Source of the DNA: Lama glama
Taxonomy: Eukaryota
Direction: 5' to 3'
Length of the DNA stretch: 64,000 nt
NCBI GenBank assembly: GCA_028534125.1
Contig: CM052816.1
Location: forward strand, 7,814,001 to 7,878,000
A program made the position numbers and the translations under genes. Below, in pieces: positions 24,970-38,650 of the stretch; the first letter of the stretch is position 1; each line of letters starts with the position of its first letter. The notes below the pieces were generated by a model that did no database searches, was not told where the DNA came from, and was given only the letters and a program-made list of their open reading frames with translations.

Positions 24970-25285
24970 TTTGTTGGCAGGCCTTCGTCCTCACTGGCTG
25001 TTGGCCAGGACTGAAGTTCTTCCTGACCACATAAGCCTCTCCATAGAGTTGCTCACAAAATGGCAGCTTGCTTCTCCCAAACAAGTGATCCAAGAGAGCA
25101 CCCAGCACAGCAAGAGGGCACCCAGCATAGGAACCATGGACTTTTATAATCTAATGGTGGAAGTGTCATACCACCACTTCTGTTGTATGCTACTGGTCAC
25201 ACAGACCAACCCTGGTACCACGTGAAAGGGGAGTGCACAAGGGTGTGTACACCACTGAAGGACAGTTTGCAGGCTGGCTTCTATA
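24970..25285 (-). mobile_element. MLT1-type LTR remnant (other part at ~23443-23495)
   Basis: tggcagcttgcttctccc; gtgtcataccaccacttctg; ctggtcacacagaccaaccctg; tattgctgtgtaacaa...aaaatttagcagctta on the far side of the nested insertions. Confidence 0.6.
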
Positions 25286-26129
25286 GGTCTCAGAACATCC
25301 CATTAAACTTCCCTGGGAGGGCAGAAGGATTCTCTAATGAGACAGTGACAGCTCAAAGTCTAAAGAAATGAATTGTAAGGGGCACCCAGGATGCACAGAT
25401 GGGAGTGAGGGCCAAACTAGAGATCCCAATCATCCAAATATAATGCAACTTAGTGCTCATTAAACTGGAGGTCCATGTAACTTCAGACAAGCCATTTCCC
25501 TCTCTCCCACCCTGTTTTCCCACTTGTAAAGGAAGGCATTAGACTAAACTCTGTGGCCTAATAACAAATACTTACATAGCAACTTAATGATGTCCTATGC
25601 TCTACTTGCTTTAGCTTTTAACTGATGTTACCTGCACAGCAAAGGGCAAAGCTTGTGTGGAAGAGCCCTTGGCATCACTGCAAACGGGTTGGGCTCTCCC
25701 ACACCGGCTTCCCCTTCTCAGCCTGAGCTGGAGCTCCAAAGATCTGATTCATGTGTTTAGTAACGGACTGGCTCTTTCTCTGGGCCTCTTGTGAAATGTG
25801 CTTTCCTGTGTGGCAATCATCATGCTTTATGACGTGGAACAAAGTAAACTAGAGACTAAACAAGTTAGCTTCATCCTCTTCCTTTAAACATAAAAGTGTC
25901 TGATCCTTTCCGTGATATTTTCCTTTTGACCTCTGGGGGAACAAACAGAGAGTCTTGATAAATTCTGAGGAAATAAACTCCCAGTGGCTGAATTTGACCA
26001 AACCATGAAATAGGTTATCCCTACCCCAACAAGAGCATCTCTGATGTGGCTCCAGACTACCTACCCTTCACAGAGCAGTCTATGTTCATGTCTTCCCAGA
26101 GTTGGGCATCAGGAAGTCTCATGGGCTCT

Positions 26130-26620
26130 ACTTCAAAACACAGTCAGAATCCCTGGTCCATGGCACTGTTGCCTGCTGCCTGGGTCACTGCAGTAATCTC
26201 CAAACTGACCCCCTGCTTCTATCCTTGTCTCTCTACAGTCTATTCCCAAAACAGTGTCTAGAGTGACCCTTGGTCAGTGTGGGTTAGATCACGTCACTGC
26301 TCTGTTTGAAATTCTGTGACGGCTCTCTGCTTCCTTCAGAGCAAAACCCAAAGTCCTTAAAAATGCCTTCAAGATCCTACATGAGCTGTACCCCTATTAC
26401 CTCTGGGACCACACCCCTTACACCTCTCCCCCTTGCTCACTCCTTAACAGCCCCACTGCCTCCTTACTGTTTCTCAGTTAGGCCTTAGAGACTTTGCTCA
26501 GACTCTGCTTGGAAGGCTCTTCCCCCAGATAGCCCCCAGCCCTCTCCCCACCTCCTTCCAATCTTTGCTCAGATCTTAGCTTCTCATGAGCCCCATCCTG
26601 ACCACCTTGTTTAAAATTGT
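26130..26620 (+). mobile_element. L2 fragment
   Basis: gatcacgtcactgctctg; cagagcaaaacccaaagtcctt; tctgcttggaaggctcttccccca. Confidence 0.65.
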
Positions 26621-27481
26621 GACCAGCCTCCCTTCCCCCATTTCTTCCTTTAACTTTTAAAAGAAGGAACTACTTAAAGACCAAAAGGAAAAAAAAATTT
26701 TTTTTAATTTACTGGCTTCCACCTGCCAGCAAATTTTAGATAGTTGAAGAGATTATTCAACCATTCAACAAATATTTATTGGGTGCCTGCTCTGTGACAG
26801 GCACTGAGTTAGGCTGGAATTCAATTTTCAGTTCTCTTTCATTCAATGCAACAAGCAATACACTGGTGGTCTCCTAGAAGCAATCTGTAGGGTTGGATGG
26901 TGAATTGTGTAGAGATGGAGGTCCAGCTAAGTGTAGCAGACGCAGTAAACTTAGAATGAAGACCTGTGTTCAAGCCCTAGCTTCCCTTCCAACTGCCTCT
27001 GGGAACCTGGGCAAGTCCCTTCCCTTCTCTGGGCTTCAGTTCTCCATCTTTAAAATAAGGTGAGTGGACTCATTAATCTCTAAGGTCACTTTTGGCTCTA
27101 CTGTTCCTTGATTTCACCCTTACTTCACTGAGGAATATGGTCTCTTGCATTAGTTGTGAGTTCCCAGGAGTGAGTGGGCAAACAAGCAGGTGGAAGAGGT
27201 GAGTGGCAGAGAGAGTGCATGGCCACGAACTATCTGTTACCAGTACTTCGGGGGCCTGAGGTCTGCTTTAAGCACTAGCAGCAATTGAGGATCAGCCACA
27301 GCGGTTAACCTGAAGTCACCCTGTGTATCTGCTAACCCAGTTCACCTCCCCACATCTTCAGCAGAGCACAGAGCAAGTGTACCACAGTGACACAGAATTA
27401 ACATTAACTTCTGGTTAGTCTACTAAGCACAAAGAAGAGAAAGGAGGGGACAAGTTTTGCTTAGGCCTGAGGTACACTTGG

Positions 27482-28070
27482 TGTGGGAGCTCATGACTGG
27501 GTTAACAAATTGTAACAGACCGCAGCCGCTTGTCTCCTTTAAGAACGAATATGCTCAGTAACCGCTTTGCAAGCAGGCGCCTGTGCATCCCCACTCCTGT
27601 CTCCTTGCCATAAAAAGCAGAGACAATGCCTTGCTCGCATAGTTGAGGTTTTAGATAGCACTCTGCTCATCGCAAAGCAACGACCCAGGCCCTCAGCTAT
27701 AAACGCTGGGCATGCCTGCTGTTAGATAGTCTGTTATCCCCAAAACAAGGACCTGGCTGGGCTGGTGGTCTGCTTTAACATACCTGTAAGAATGTTGTTC
27801 CCCTCTCCCTGTGACTTTCCCTAAAGATAAACAAAGCCTTTGTACTCATTGTGACTTCTCCAATCTCGATCCCATCCTGTCTTTCCCTAAATTCCTGCAT
27901 TCCATCACACAACTGTTAATGATTTTTCCTTTGATTGTACACAATAAATGTGGGGGCATTTGAGAGGCTCGTGGAGTTGGCTCCTGGCTCCCTCTTGCTC
28001 TCTTGACTTTCCACAGAGTCTAGAGTAATTCATTCTGTGTCGGTAGGACTTCTGCTGGTCAGAACCCACG
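27482..28070. mobile_element. Solo LTR (589 bp), probably class II/ERVK-like
   Basis: Starts TGTGGG and ends CCCACG (terminal inverted repeat, last base non-canonical); perfect 6-bp TSD ACTTGG at 27476-27481 and 28071-28076; TATAAA ~27698 and AATAAA 27943 inside. Confidence 0.75.
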
Positions 28071-28259
28071 ACTTGGGAAATTCCTGTTGAAGCCAAGTAG
28101 AGAGCATTCCAGGGATGTGAAACTCATGCGCCCAAAATGGGAATGATGGAGTCCCAGGAAACTTCCAGGGCAAAACTGAATAGGTTATCTATCCATTAGT
28201 GTTCCACTTTCCTTTACACTTGCTTTCTTCTCTTTTTAAGTGTTGTTAGAAGAGCAACT

Positions 28260-28759
28260 NNNNNNNNNNNNNNNNNNNNNNNNNNNNNNNNNNNNNNNNN
28301 NNNNNNNNNNNNNNNNNNNNNNNNNNNNNNNNNNNNNNNNNNNNNNNNNNNNNNNNNNNNNNNNNNNNNNNNNNNNNNNNNNNNNNNNNNNNNNNNNNNN
28401 NNNNNNNNNNNNNNNNNNNNNNNNNNNNNNNNNNNNNNNNNNNNNNNNNNNNNNNNNNNNNNNNNNNNNNNNNNNNNNNNNNNNNNNNNNNNNNNNNNNN
28501 NNNNNNNNNNNNNNNNNNNNNNNNNNNNNNNNNNNNNNNNNNNNNNNNNNNNNNNNNNNNNNNNNNNNNNNNNNNNNNNNNNNNNNNNNNNNNNNNNNNN
28601 NNNNNNNNNNNNNNNNNNNNNNNNNNNNNNNNNNNNNNNNNNNNNNNNNNNNNNNNNNNNNNNNNNNNNNNNNNNNNNNNNNNNNNNNNNNNNNNNNNNN
28701 NNNNNNNNNNNNNNNNNNNNNNNNNNNNNNNNNNNNNNNNNNNNNNNNNNNNNNNNNNN
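28260..28759. other. Assembly gap (500 N)
   Basis: Run of exactly 500 N. Confidence 1.
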
Positions 28760-29129
28760 TGCTTCATGGAGGTATTGTAAGGTGACTTGCCAATAATACT
28801 TATTAGGTAATGTTAGTAAATTTAGCATTTGTGCATGTAATAAATATTTCCAGAAGTAAAAGTCACCAGACAAAATTTATTGAGCACCTATTCTGGGCCA
28901 GGCCCTTTGCCAGGCCATGGTCTGGAAGGGAAGACAACTTTGTTTTAAAAAATGAAGGCAACACAGTGTTCAAACTGTGCTAAAAGGACACAGCTGTGGG
29001 ACAAAGGTGAGCATGGTCAACTCCCTCTTTGCAAAGTTGGACAAAATTTCACAGAGAAAGTTAACCTGGAATAGGTAAGGGAACTGTATGTGGAGGCATA
29101 AAAGTATAAAAAGACACTGCATGTTCTTA

Positions 29130-29261
29130 GAGGGGAGGGTATAGCTCAATGGTAGAGGGTGTGCTTAGCATGCATGAGGTCCTAGGTTCAATCCCCAGTA
29201 CCTCCATTAAAAAATTTAAAAACCTAATTACCTCTCCCCACTCCAGCCAAAAAAAGAAAAA
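29130..29261 (+). mobile_element. tRNA-Ala-derived SINE (Vic-1-like)
   Basis: ggggagggtatagctcaatggtagag...cttagcatgcatgaggtcctaggttcaatccccagtacctcc; imperfect 21-bp flanking repeat AAAAAGAYACTGCATRYTCTT at 29108 and 29262. Confidence 0.9.
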
Positions 29262-30135
29262 AAAAAGATACTGCATACTCTTGTTGGTGGATCAGCAAGA
29301 CTTAGATAGGCCTTGAGTGCAAGTAGGAGGTGTTTGGAAGGAGAGGCTGAAGAAGTAGGCAGGTGCCAGAGGCTACAGGGCCTTATAAACCATTCCAAGA
29401 GTTAGGGGTTTTGTCCTGTAGGTGATGGAGAGCCACTAAAGAAAGCTGAACAAAACAACAAAAGGATCATGATCATTTTAGAAAAACCACTCTGGCTCAA
29501 TGTAGAGAGCTAATTCAATAACAGTCAGGGGGCTGCAGTAAGTACAGGAGAAAACCTGTAGAACTCTGAATTAAGACAGTGGCTGTGAGAATGGAGAGAG
29601 GCAGGTGTTGGTGATTCAGGAGGGAGAACCTAAAGAAAAGACTCACCCACTACCTGGGGCATAGCAGGGACCAAATAATGGTCCATTTAATTGAACTGTT
29701 CAAAACCAGTCCTCCAAACAGTGTCTGTTTCATGTGGGGTCAGCTCAAGTCTGCAGCCTCTCTGCAACCTGCAGGCTCTGGGGCTTAATTTTACCAGGGG
29801 AGATTAGTCGAGTAAAAGTGATTAAAACTCAGCAGAGCCTAAATTATAAGCCATAAGGTCAAGGAATTCATTAACCAGAAGAAATAACTGCAAAGCAGTT
29901 GGCTGTTAATACGTTTTCTTCTAGGAGGAGAGTCCACCTAGGAAACTAAATTAGTAGCAGGCTGTTGCTTGGTGAATAAGAGGTCAGAGTAAATGTGATG
30001 TAATGACTTTTAGGGTTAAATAGATAAAGTATGATGTAGCTTGTGAGATAATACATGTGAAAGCACTGTACAAATAAAAAAGCACTATATTAAATGTAAG
30101 ATATTACTATCAACATCATATCAGAACATATGCTG

Positions 30136-33100
30136 GACAGAGCACCTGAATATATAAGGCAAACACTGACAGATCCGAAGGCAGAAATTGGCAGCTGTAC
30201 AGTAACAGGAGGAGACGTCAATACCCCATTTGCAATACTGGATACAATATCCAGACAGAAAATCAGTAAAGAAACACTTGACTTGAACAACACTATATGG
30301 ACCAAATGGACCTAACAGTTATTAACAGAACATTCCACACAACAGCAGCAGAATACACATTCTCAAACACACGAATAGATTACATGTTAGGCCACAAAAC
30401 AGGTCTTAACAAATTTAAGAAGATCAAAATCATTCCAAGTATCTTCTCTAATAACCACAATGGAATGAAACTAGAAATCACTGATGACCGGAGAATGGAA
30501 AAAATTCAAAAATGTGTGGAAACTGAACAACACACTCTTGAACAACCATTGAGTCAAAGAGGAAATCAAATGAGAATTTTTAAAGTATCTCGAGACAAAT
30601 GAAAGTAAAACCACAACATATCAAAATTTATGGGCTGCAGAAAAAGCAGTACTAAGAGAAGTTTGTAGCAGTAAGTGACTACTTTAAAAAAGAAGAAAGA
30701 TCTCAAATAAACAACCTAATTTTACACCTCAAGGAACTAAAAAATAATAAACTAAGCCCAAAGTTAGCAGAAAGAAGGAAGTAATACAGATTAGAGCAGA
30801 AAGAAGTAAAATAGAGAATAGGAAAAAAAATCAACAAAACTGAGAGTTGGTTTTTTGAAAAGATAAATAAAACTGATAAACCCTTGGCTAAACTAAGACT
30901 AAAAGAGAGAAGACTCAAATAAGTAAAACCAGAAATTAAAGAGGAGACATTAAATCAATGCCTGAGAAATAAAAAGGGTCATACAAGGTTATTATGAACA
31001 ATTATATGGCAACAAACTAGATAACCCAGAATAAATGGATAAATTCCAAGAAACTTATAACCTACTAGTACCAATTCAAGAAGAAACAGAAAGCCTGAAC
31101 AGATCAATAACAAATAAGGAGACTGAATCAGCAATAAAAACTTCCTTACAAAGAAAATCCTAGGACCCCAGATGGCTTCATTGGTAAATTCTACCAACTA
31201 TTCAAAAAAAAAATGAATACCAATCCTTCTTAAGTTATTTTAAAAGTAGAAGAAGAGGGACCACTTGCAAACTCATTTTATGAGGCCAGCATCACCCTGA
31301 TACCAAAACCAGACAAAGACACCACAAAAAAATAGAACTACAGGACAATATCCCTGATAAACACGGATGTAAAAATCCTCAGTGAAATATGGACAAATCA
31401 AATTCAGTAGCACATTAAAAGGATCATACATCATGACCAACTGGGATTTATCTCTGGGATGCAGAAAAGATTCAACAGATGAAAAGCAATTACTGTGACA
31501 CAACACATTAACAAAATGAAAGAAAAAAGACTACATGATCATCTCAAGAGACACAAAAAAGTATTTGGCAAAGTTCAACATTCCTTCAAGATTAAAACTC
31601 TCAACAAAATGGGTATAGGAGGAACTTACTTCAACACAATAAAGGCCATACATGAAAAGCCCATAGCTAACATCATAATTACTGAGAAAAAACTAGTGGT
31701 TTTCCTTCTAAGAGCCAGTACAAGGCAAGGGTGCCCACTCTCATAACTTCTATTCAACGTAGTACTGAAAATCCTAGCTAGAGTAATTAAACAAGAAAAC
31801 TAAGTAAAAGACATCCAAATCAGAAGGGAAGAAGCAAAATTATTTCTGTTTGCCAATGACATTATCATATATATAGAAAATGCTGAGACTCAACAACAAC
31901 AAAAAACCTGTTGGAACTAATAAATTCAGTAAAGTTGCTGGATTCGAAACCAGCATACAAAAATGAGTGATATTTCTATATACTAACGTGAGCTATCTGG
32001 AAAGGAAATGAAGAAAAAGATCTCATTTACAATAGCAAAAAAATTAATTAATTAGGAATAAATCAAAGAGGTGAAAGACCTGTACAGTGAAAAATTATAA
32101 AACACTGATGAAGGAAATTAAAGAAGACAGATAAATGGAAAGACATCCTTTGTTCATGGATTAAAAGGATTAATATCATTAAAATATCCATACTATCAGA
32201 AATGATCTACAGATTCAGTACAGTCCCTCCCAACATCCCAACGGCCTTCTTCACATAAACAGAAAAAACAATCCTAAAATTCATATTGAACCACAAGGCT
32301 CTTGACTAGCCAAAGCAACCTTGGGCACAAAGAACAAAGCTGGAGTCACCACATTTCCTGATTTCAAAATATATTATAAGCTACAGTAATCAAAAAGGCA
32401 CAAAAAGAGACATCTAGACAAACGGAAAACAATAGAATCCCAAAATAAATCCACACATCAACAGTTAACTGGTCTTTGACAAGGGTGCCAAGAACACACT
32501 AAGGTAAAAGGATAGCCCCTTCAATAAATGGTGTTGGGAAACTTGGATATCCACGTTTGGATAAAATTCAAAAGAATGAAATTGAACTCTTACAAAACTC
32601 ACCACATAAAACTCTAAAGGGATTAAAGACTTAAATGTAAGACGTGAAACCATAAAACCACCAGAAGTAAACACAGGGGGAAGGCTTCTTAACATTGGTT
32701 TGGGCAATGATTTTTTGGAAGTGACCCCAAAAGCACAGGCAGCAAAAGTGAATATAGACAAATGGGACTGCGTCAAACAAAAACCCTCAACAGAATAAAA
32801 AGGCCACCTATAGATTAGGAGAAAATAGAAAATATACAAATGACCACCAGGTATGTGAAAAGGTGCTCAATTTCACTAATCACCAGGGAAATGCAAATCA
32901 AAACCACAATGAGATATCACCTCACACCTGTTAGAATGGCTATCAGCAGAAAGACAAAAGATAACAAACTTGTGCACTGCTGGTGGGAATGTAAATTGGT
33001 GCAGCCACTATGGAGAACAGTAGGAAGGCTCCTGAAAAAATTAAAAATAGAACTATCATATGATCTAGCAGATCCACTCCTGGGTAGATAGCCAAAGAAA

Positions 33101-33746
33101 ATGAAATCAGGATCTTGAAGGGATAATTGCACTCCCATGATCATTTCAGCATTATTCACAATAGCTAGATAATGAAACAACCTAAATGTCAAGAGATAAA
33201 TAAAGAAAATGTGATACACGCATACACACTGGAATATTATTCAGCTTTGAAAAAAGGAAATCATGCTATAAGCAACAACTTAGATGAAACTGGAGGACAT
33301 TATGCTAAGTGAAATAAGCCAGACCCAGAGAGACAAATACCATATGATACCACTTATACAAGGAATATAAAAGTCAAACTAATAGAAACAGAGAGAATGG
33401 TGGTTGCTAAGGGCTGCGGGAAGGAGGAAATGGAGGGGTGTTGGTCAAGAGGTACACGGTTGCAGCTATGGAAGATAAATAAGTTCTGGAGTATGCAACA
33501 ATGTGAAAACTGTTAATGATACTGTATTATATATTTGAAATTTGCTAAGAGGGTAGATCTTAAGTGTTTTCATCAGAAAAAGGAAATAAAGTAAGAGAGA
33601 AAATGGTAACTATGTGAGGTAATGTGTATGTTAATTAGCTTGATTGTGTCGATTATTTCACAAGTTTATCATCTCATCAAGGTGTACGCCTTAAATATAT
33701 ACAATTTTAATTGTCAGTTATACTTCAATAAAGCTGGGGTAAAGAA
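30136..33746 (+). mobile_element. 5'-truncated L1 (ORF2 EN/RT remnants plus 3' UTR), ~3.6 kb, non-functional
   Basis: ORF fragments GDVNTPF, RIDYMLGHK, TRQGCPLS, LFAND (mutated FADD), [17 protein letters not shown] 33727; TSD-like AGAAMATATGCTG at 30123 and 33747; many stops and frameshifts. Confidence 0.95.
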
Positions 33747-34599
33747 AGAAAATATGCTGAAGGCAGTATGCGTAGGGGAAATGCACGTTCTGGAACAGGG
33801 TTCTGCTGCTATTTAGGAATCTTTAGACAAGTTGCATTTCACTGCAATTCTCTGAGCCTCAGTTTCCTGCACTGTAAAACAAAGATAATAATAGCATCTG
33901 CCTTTTGGAGTTTTTGTGAAAATTAAATGAGACAACTTATGTAAAGTTTCGACAGTGTCCTGCACTCAATAAGTGCTCAATAAATGTTAGCTAATATTAC
34001 TATTCGGTTCCATTTCTTTTCAACCACTAACTCTAACGTCAGGTAATAATACAACACTAGTACAATGAGAAAAGCACAGAACTGATGGCAAGTAACATGG
34101 ACTCCAGTCTCTGATAGGTCAGTTCCAAGTGGTCATTTTACATATTCAAGCCTTAGTTTCTGCACTAGAAAAATATAAACGACACCTGGCAACATTGATC
34201 TTTCATTGATTCCATTCCTTCAATAAGCAATACTTACTGAACACCCACAATACAGACAAATGTAATGCTAAGCACTCGAAACCTGGAAGTGAATGAGATA
34301 TGGTCTCTGGTGGAGGAGCTCACAAGCTAACAAACTTCCAACGAGATAACATCTCTGAGTTTCCTACAGGTCACTGGCAAGGTTGTCACAAGAAAGTGCT
34401 GATGCGGACTCTTAGCTTTCCAGCTCCCATGAACCTCGGTCGCAGACACCCTCCATCAAGCTTGTGGATGTTTGTCTGGAAGATGAGGGTGGAAGACGCA
34501 GTGCTGAATAAACAAAAGAGCAACCTTCCTTTCTGTTAGAAACAAAGGAAAGGGGAACAGTAAGCCCATCTGGACTTGGTCTGTAACTCCGCACTTAGT

Positions 34600-35260
<661 letters not shown>

Positions 35261-37357
35261 TTTTGGGACCCTGGCTGTACCCTGGAGGGGTTGGTAATTG
35301 GGTGGGTTGGGGGAAAAAAGGTTTGGGAGTGCTTAGTTAAGGCCATTTGAGAGGACAGTCTTACCAGATTAATTGAGGAGGTGCCCCTCCCATCTTGGAA
35401 GTTCTGCCCCCGCTTTGGCAGAAACTGGGCCCTCCTCAGACTGCCTTGCTCTGTTTCTTGGCCCAGGCCAAGGCCTGCAAAAAAGAAGTTGGGATTGGGT
35501 GAGCTGAGTGAAAAGCGCTTAGAATAAGGTGTGTCTTGTAAGAAGCTCAAAGTGTTGTATTCATGGCACGTCTCCTGAGCGTACAGTTCTGTCCTTCATG
35601 GGCGCAAGTGGGCACTGGAGGTGGGATTGCTCAGAACGTGAAAGACTGCACTCCCTAAAAAAAATCACCACATAGCAAAACCCCCAAACGTCTGCAGCAC
35701 TTGGCACATCTTGTTCATTCAGTAAGCTTTGGGGATTAAAAGATTCATTAAGACATAAATCCTGCAGTTGAGTAACTTGCAGTCTCGTGAAGGAAAAGCT
35801 GATTAGTAATAAGACATAGTTACTGCTTATTCAGTACTTTTCTTTATGCCGTGTGCTTTACATGATCTTCTTTAATCATTTTGCAAACCAACAGAATGGA
35901 TACCTTTTTTAAAAAAACCTTTTCCAGTTAAAGAAACAGACACATAATGTTTGTCCTATTTGGGATTGGGGGAGGACCAGGATTTGAAACCAAGCAGCCT
36001 GATTCAGAGGACTTCACTGAATATGAGAAGATGTCCTATACCATAAACCATTCTACACATTATTAACAGTAATTATTAGGAATTTTTTCATATTATTAAG
36101 AATAGTCAGAGAAAGCAGTTAAATAATAAAAAAGTCATTGCTGTATTATACACGTGATTTGTTTTTCTCCTCCATTAGCACTCTGTGTGCTTTTCTCTTT
36201 GGCATGTCCTTTCTCTTTAGGATCTTTCCCTGTTCCAGCTTCACCTCTAGAATTTATTGAATTAGATTTTCATTTGGTGATCATTAGGGAGCTCAATCTC
36301 CAAGAACTCTAAGGATCTCTTCAGCTAGGGCGTTCAGTCTTTTATAAAGACTGGTGTGCACCTGTGAAATGGAGGCCATTAGGGTTTGGGGAAGGGCTGA
36401 AGCAGTCCAGAAAATTCAAATGGCAGCCTGAGATTGGAACTGCATATGATGGGACAAGCATAATTTGGAATCAGGACAAGAACGAATGAATTATATTTTG
36501 CCTTTTATGATGCGTAAGTGCAAATACAAGTTGGCAATACTTTATTTTATGTTCCCGGAGACTATTTGAGCAGCAGCTGTATCTTTTCAAAGGTGGTTCT
36601 CTTTATAAGCAGATGATGAGAAAAAGAAACCAGTTTCTGTCATGGTATTTATTTATGTTCAAGTGAATTTGCCTTTCCAACTGTACTTGACTAGAGTTCT
36701 AGAACTATCAAATAGGATCTACCTACTAAAGAAAATAATTATTCAGTCCTTAAAAAATACAATAAATTTAATTTTTAACTGTTTTTGAGTTAAATACATT
36801 AAGACTATCTTGTTAACTTAGTAGTTTAATTTGCCATTTAAAAATCTCTAATGGATTGGCTAAAGCTGACTTTGTAAATGTTAATTTATGCTTTTCTTCA
36901 GTGAACATGTCATACCTCAGTAATGAGAAAAAATTTTAAATCTCCCAACTTAAGTGTAGTCAAGTTGATTGCATTACAATAAAGCTAAACTAAATCAAAG
37001 GATATTTGATTACAGCTTCATAAATTGGGTTATTTTATTTGTTAATCTGTTTAGATTATTATACAGTTCTTCTACGTAAACAACTTTTAACACATCTAAT
37101 ACATAAAACCCTGATAAAAAGGAACAGGAAAAATCAAAAAGGCAAAATTGAAGGATTTCAGGAAACCCAGGGGTTAAGGGAAAAAACTGGTCATTGAAGA
37201 ATAAACCTCAAGCTGAAACAGTCCAGATTCTTTGACAAGTGGTTTCTCACCTGCTGTAGAATCATGTTGTTTTAAAATTCACTATTTGGTGTAGGCATAT
37301 ACACAAACTAAACAGTGTCTTTTCCTCTGGTTTTTTCGATTTCCTGTTTCTCTCTAG

Positions 37358-37428
37358 GTGGACTCCCATTACTGTCCCAGTTGTTTAGAAAATATGCCAT
37401 CAGCTGAAGCCAAACTGAAAAAGAATAG
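37358..37428 (+). CDS. DCTN4: DCTN4 coding exon 2
   Basis: tctctag|GTG; VDSHYCPSCLENMPSAEAKLKKN(R); AG|gtaaga; 71 nt. Confidence 0.97.
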
Positions 37429-37574
37429 GTAAGACTGGGATCCATTTTTTTCTGTTTTCTCCAGCTGTTTTTATAAATAGCTGATAAGAAACACATGGAA
37501 TTAACTTTTATCTTTAACTAGCTGTTTTTTATTTTTTAGCATCACCTTTACCAAAGATGAAATGTCCTTTCATT

Positions 37575-38650
37575 TTTGAAAAATGAACTATATTTTAGAA
37601 CAGTTTAGACTTAAGAATTCCTGTGAGAATTCCCTTAACCCTTAACCCCTATTTTTAATGTCTTACATTAGTAGGGCATATTTGTCTCAACTAATGAACA
37701 GTATTGATGGCATTATTATTAAGTAAACTCCGTATTTGATTTAGATTTCCTCAATTATTTCCTAATCTCCTTTTTCTGTTCTAGGGTTCTATTCAGGATA
37801 CCCACATTATATTTGTCATTTCTCCTTAGACTTCTCTTGCTGTGACATTTTCTTAGACTTTCCTTAGTTTTGATGACCTTAAAAATTTTGAAGTGTACTG
37901 GTAAGATACTTTGTGGAGTATCCTGCAGTTGGAAGTTGTCTAATGTTTTTCTCATCCACTGGGGGAATGCATTATAGGAAGAAGGACCACACAGGCATAG
38001 CGCATCTCTCGTCACAGCATATTAAGGGTGTATACTCCCAGTATGACTAATCACTGTTGATGTTAACCTTGATTACCTGGCTTGAGCTACTGTTTGTCAG
38101 GTTTCTCTGATGTCAAGTTTCTCTCTTTTTTTTTTTCCTTCTCTTTTTCCATGTTTTACTCTTCGGAAAGAAATGCACTGTCACAGCCCACACTTAAATA
38201 GTGGGGAATTATGCTCCCCTTTTGGGAGGACTGTTTCCATGAATTACTTGGAATTCTTTTGCATGAAAGATTTTTCTCTTCTCCCATATGTATTTACTTA
38301 AAGCAGTATGGGCTCATGAATATTTATTTCATACCTTAGGTTATAATCCAATACTGTATTTTTTTACTCAAATTGTTCCAGCTTTGGCCATTGGGACCTC
38401 TTTTGGTAGACTCCTGTCTCCCTTTGACATATACCCATCGCTGTCCGCCGTGATGAGGAGGGGACCGTTGTTCATTTGTTTGTGTGCTGTCTTGCTTTCT
38501 GGTGTTGGAAGATATTCCAGGCTCATCTTGTTTATTTTCTGCCCCAGTCCTAGAGTTAGCCATTTCTCCAAGGAGCCCTGGTACCTTTTATTAGAGAGTG
38601 GTATTAAAAACCAAGATCTGAGCAGTAGGTGTGTTCATTGCTACCAGTAC
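37575..38650 (-). mobile_element. Old L1 3' UTR (L1MC-like), antisense in DCTN4 intron 2
   Basis: ttgatgacctt...tttgaagtgtactggt; gttgatgttaaccttgattacctggc; agccatttctccaaggagccctgg; ccaagatctg. Confidence 0.7.

Noticed and set aside
28214..28873. ORFs of 173-219 aa spanning this region, and the 202-aa ORF at 62228-62836
   Set aside because: Artefacts of translating through N gaps.
30130..33219. ORFs with endonuclease/reverse-transcriptase similarity as a novel RT system
   Set aside because: Ordinary fragments of a dead L1 ORF2, with stops, frameshifts and a mutated catalytic motif (FAND).
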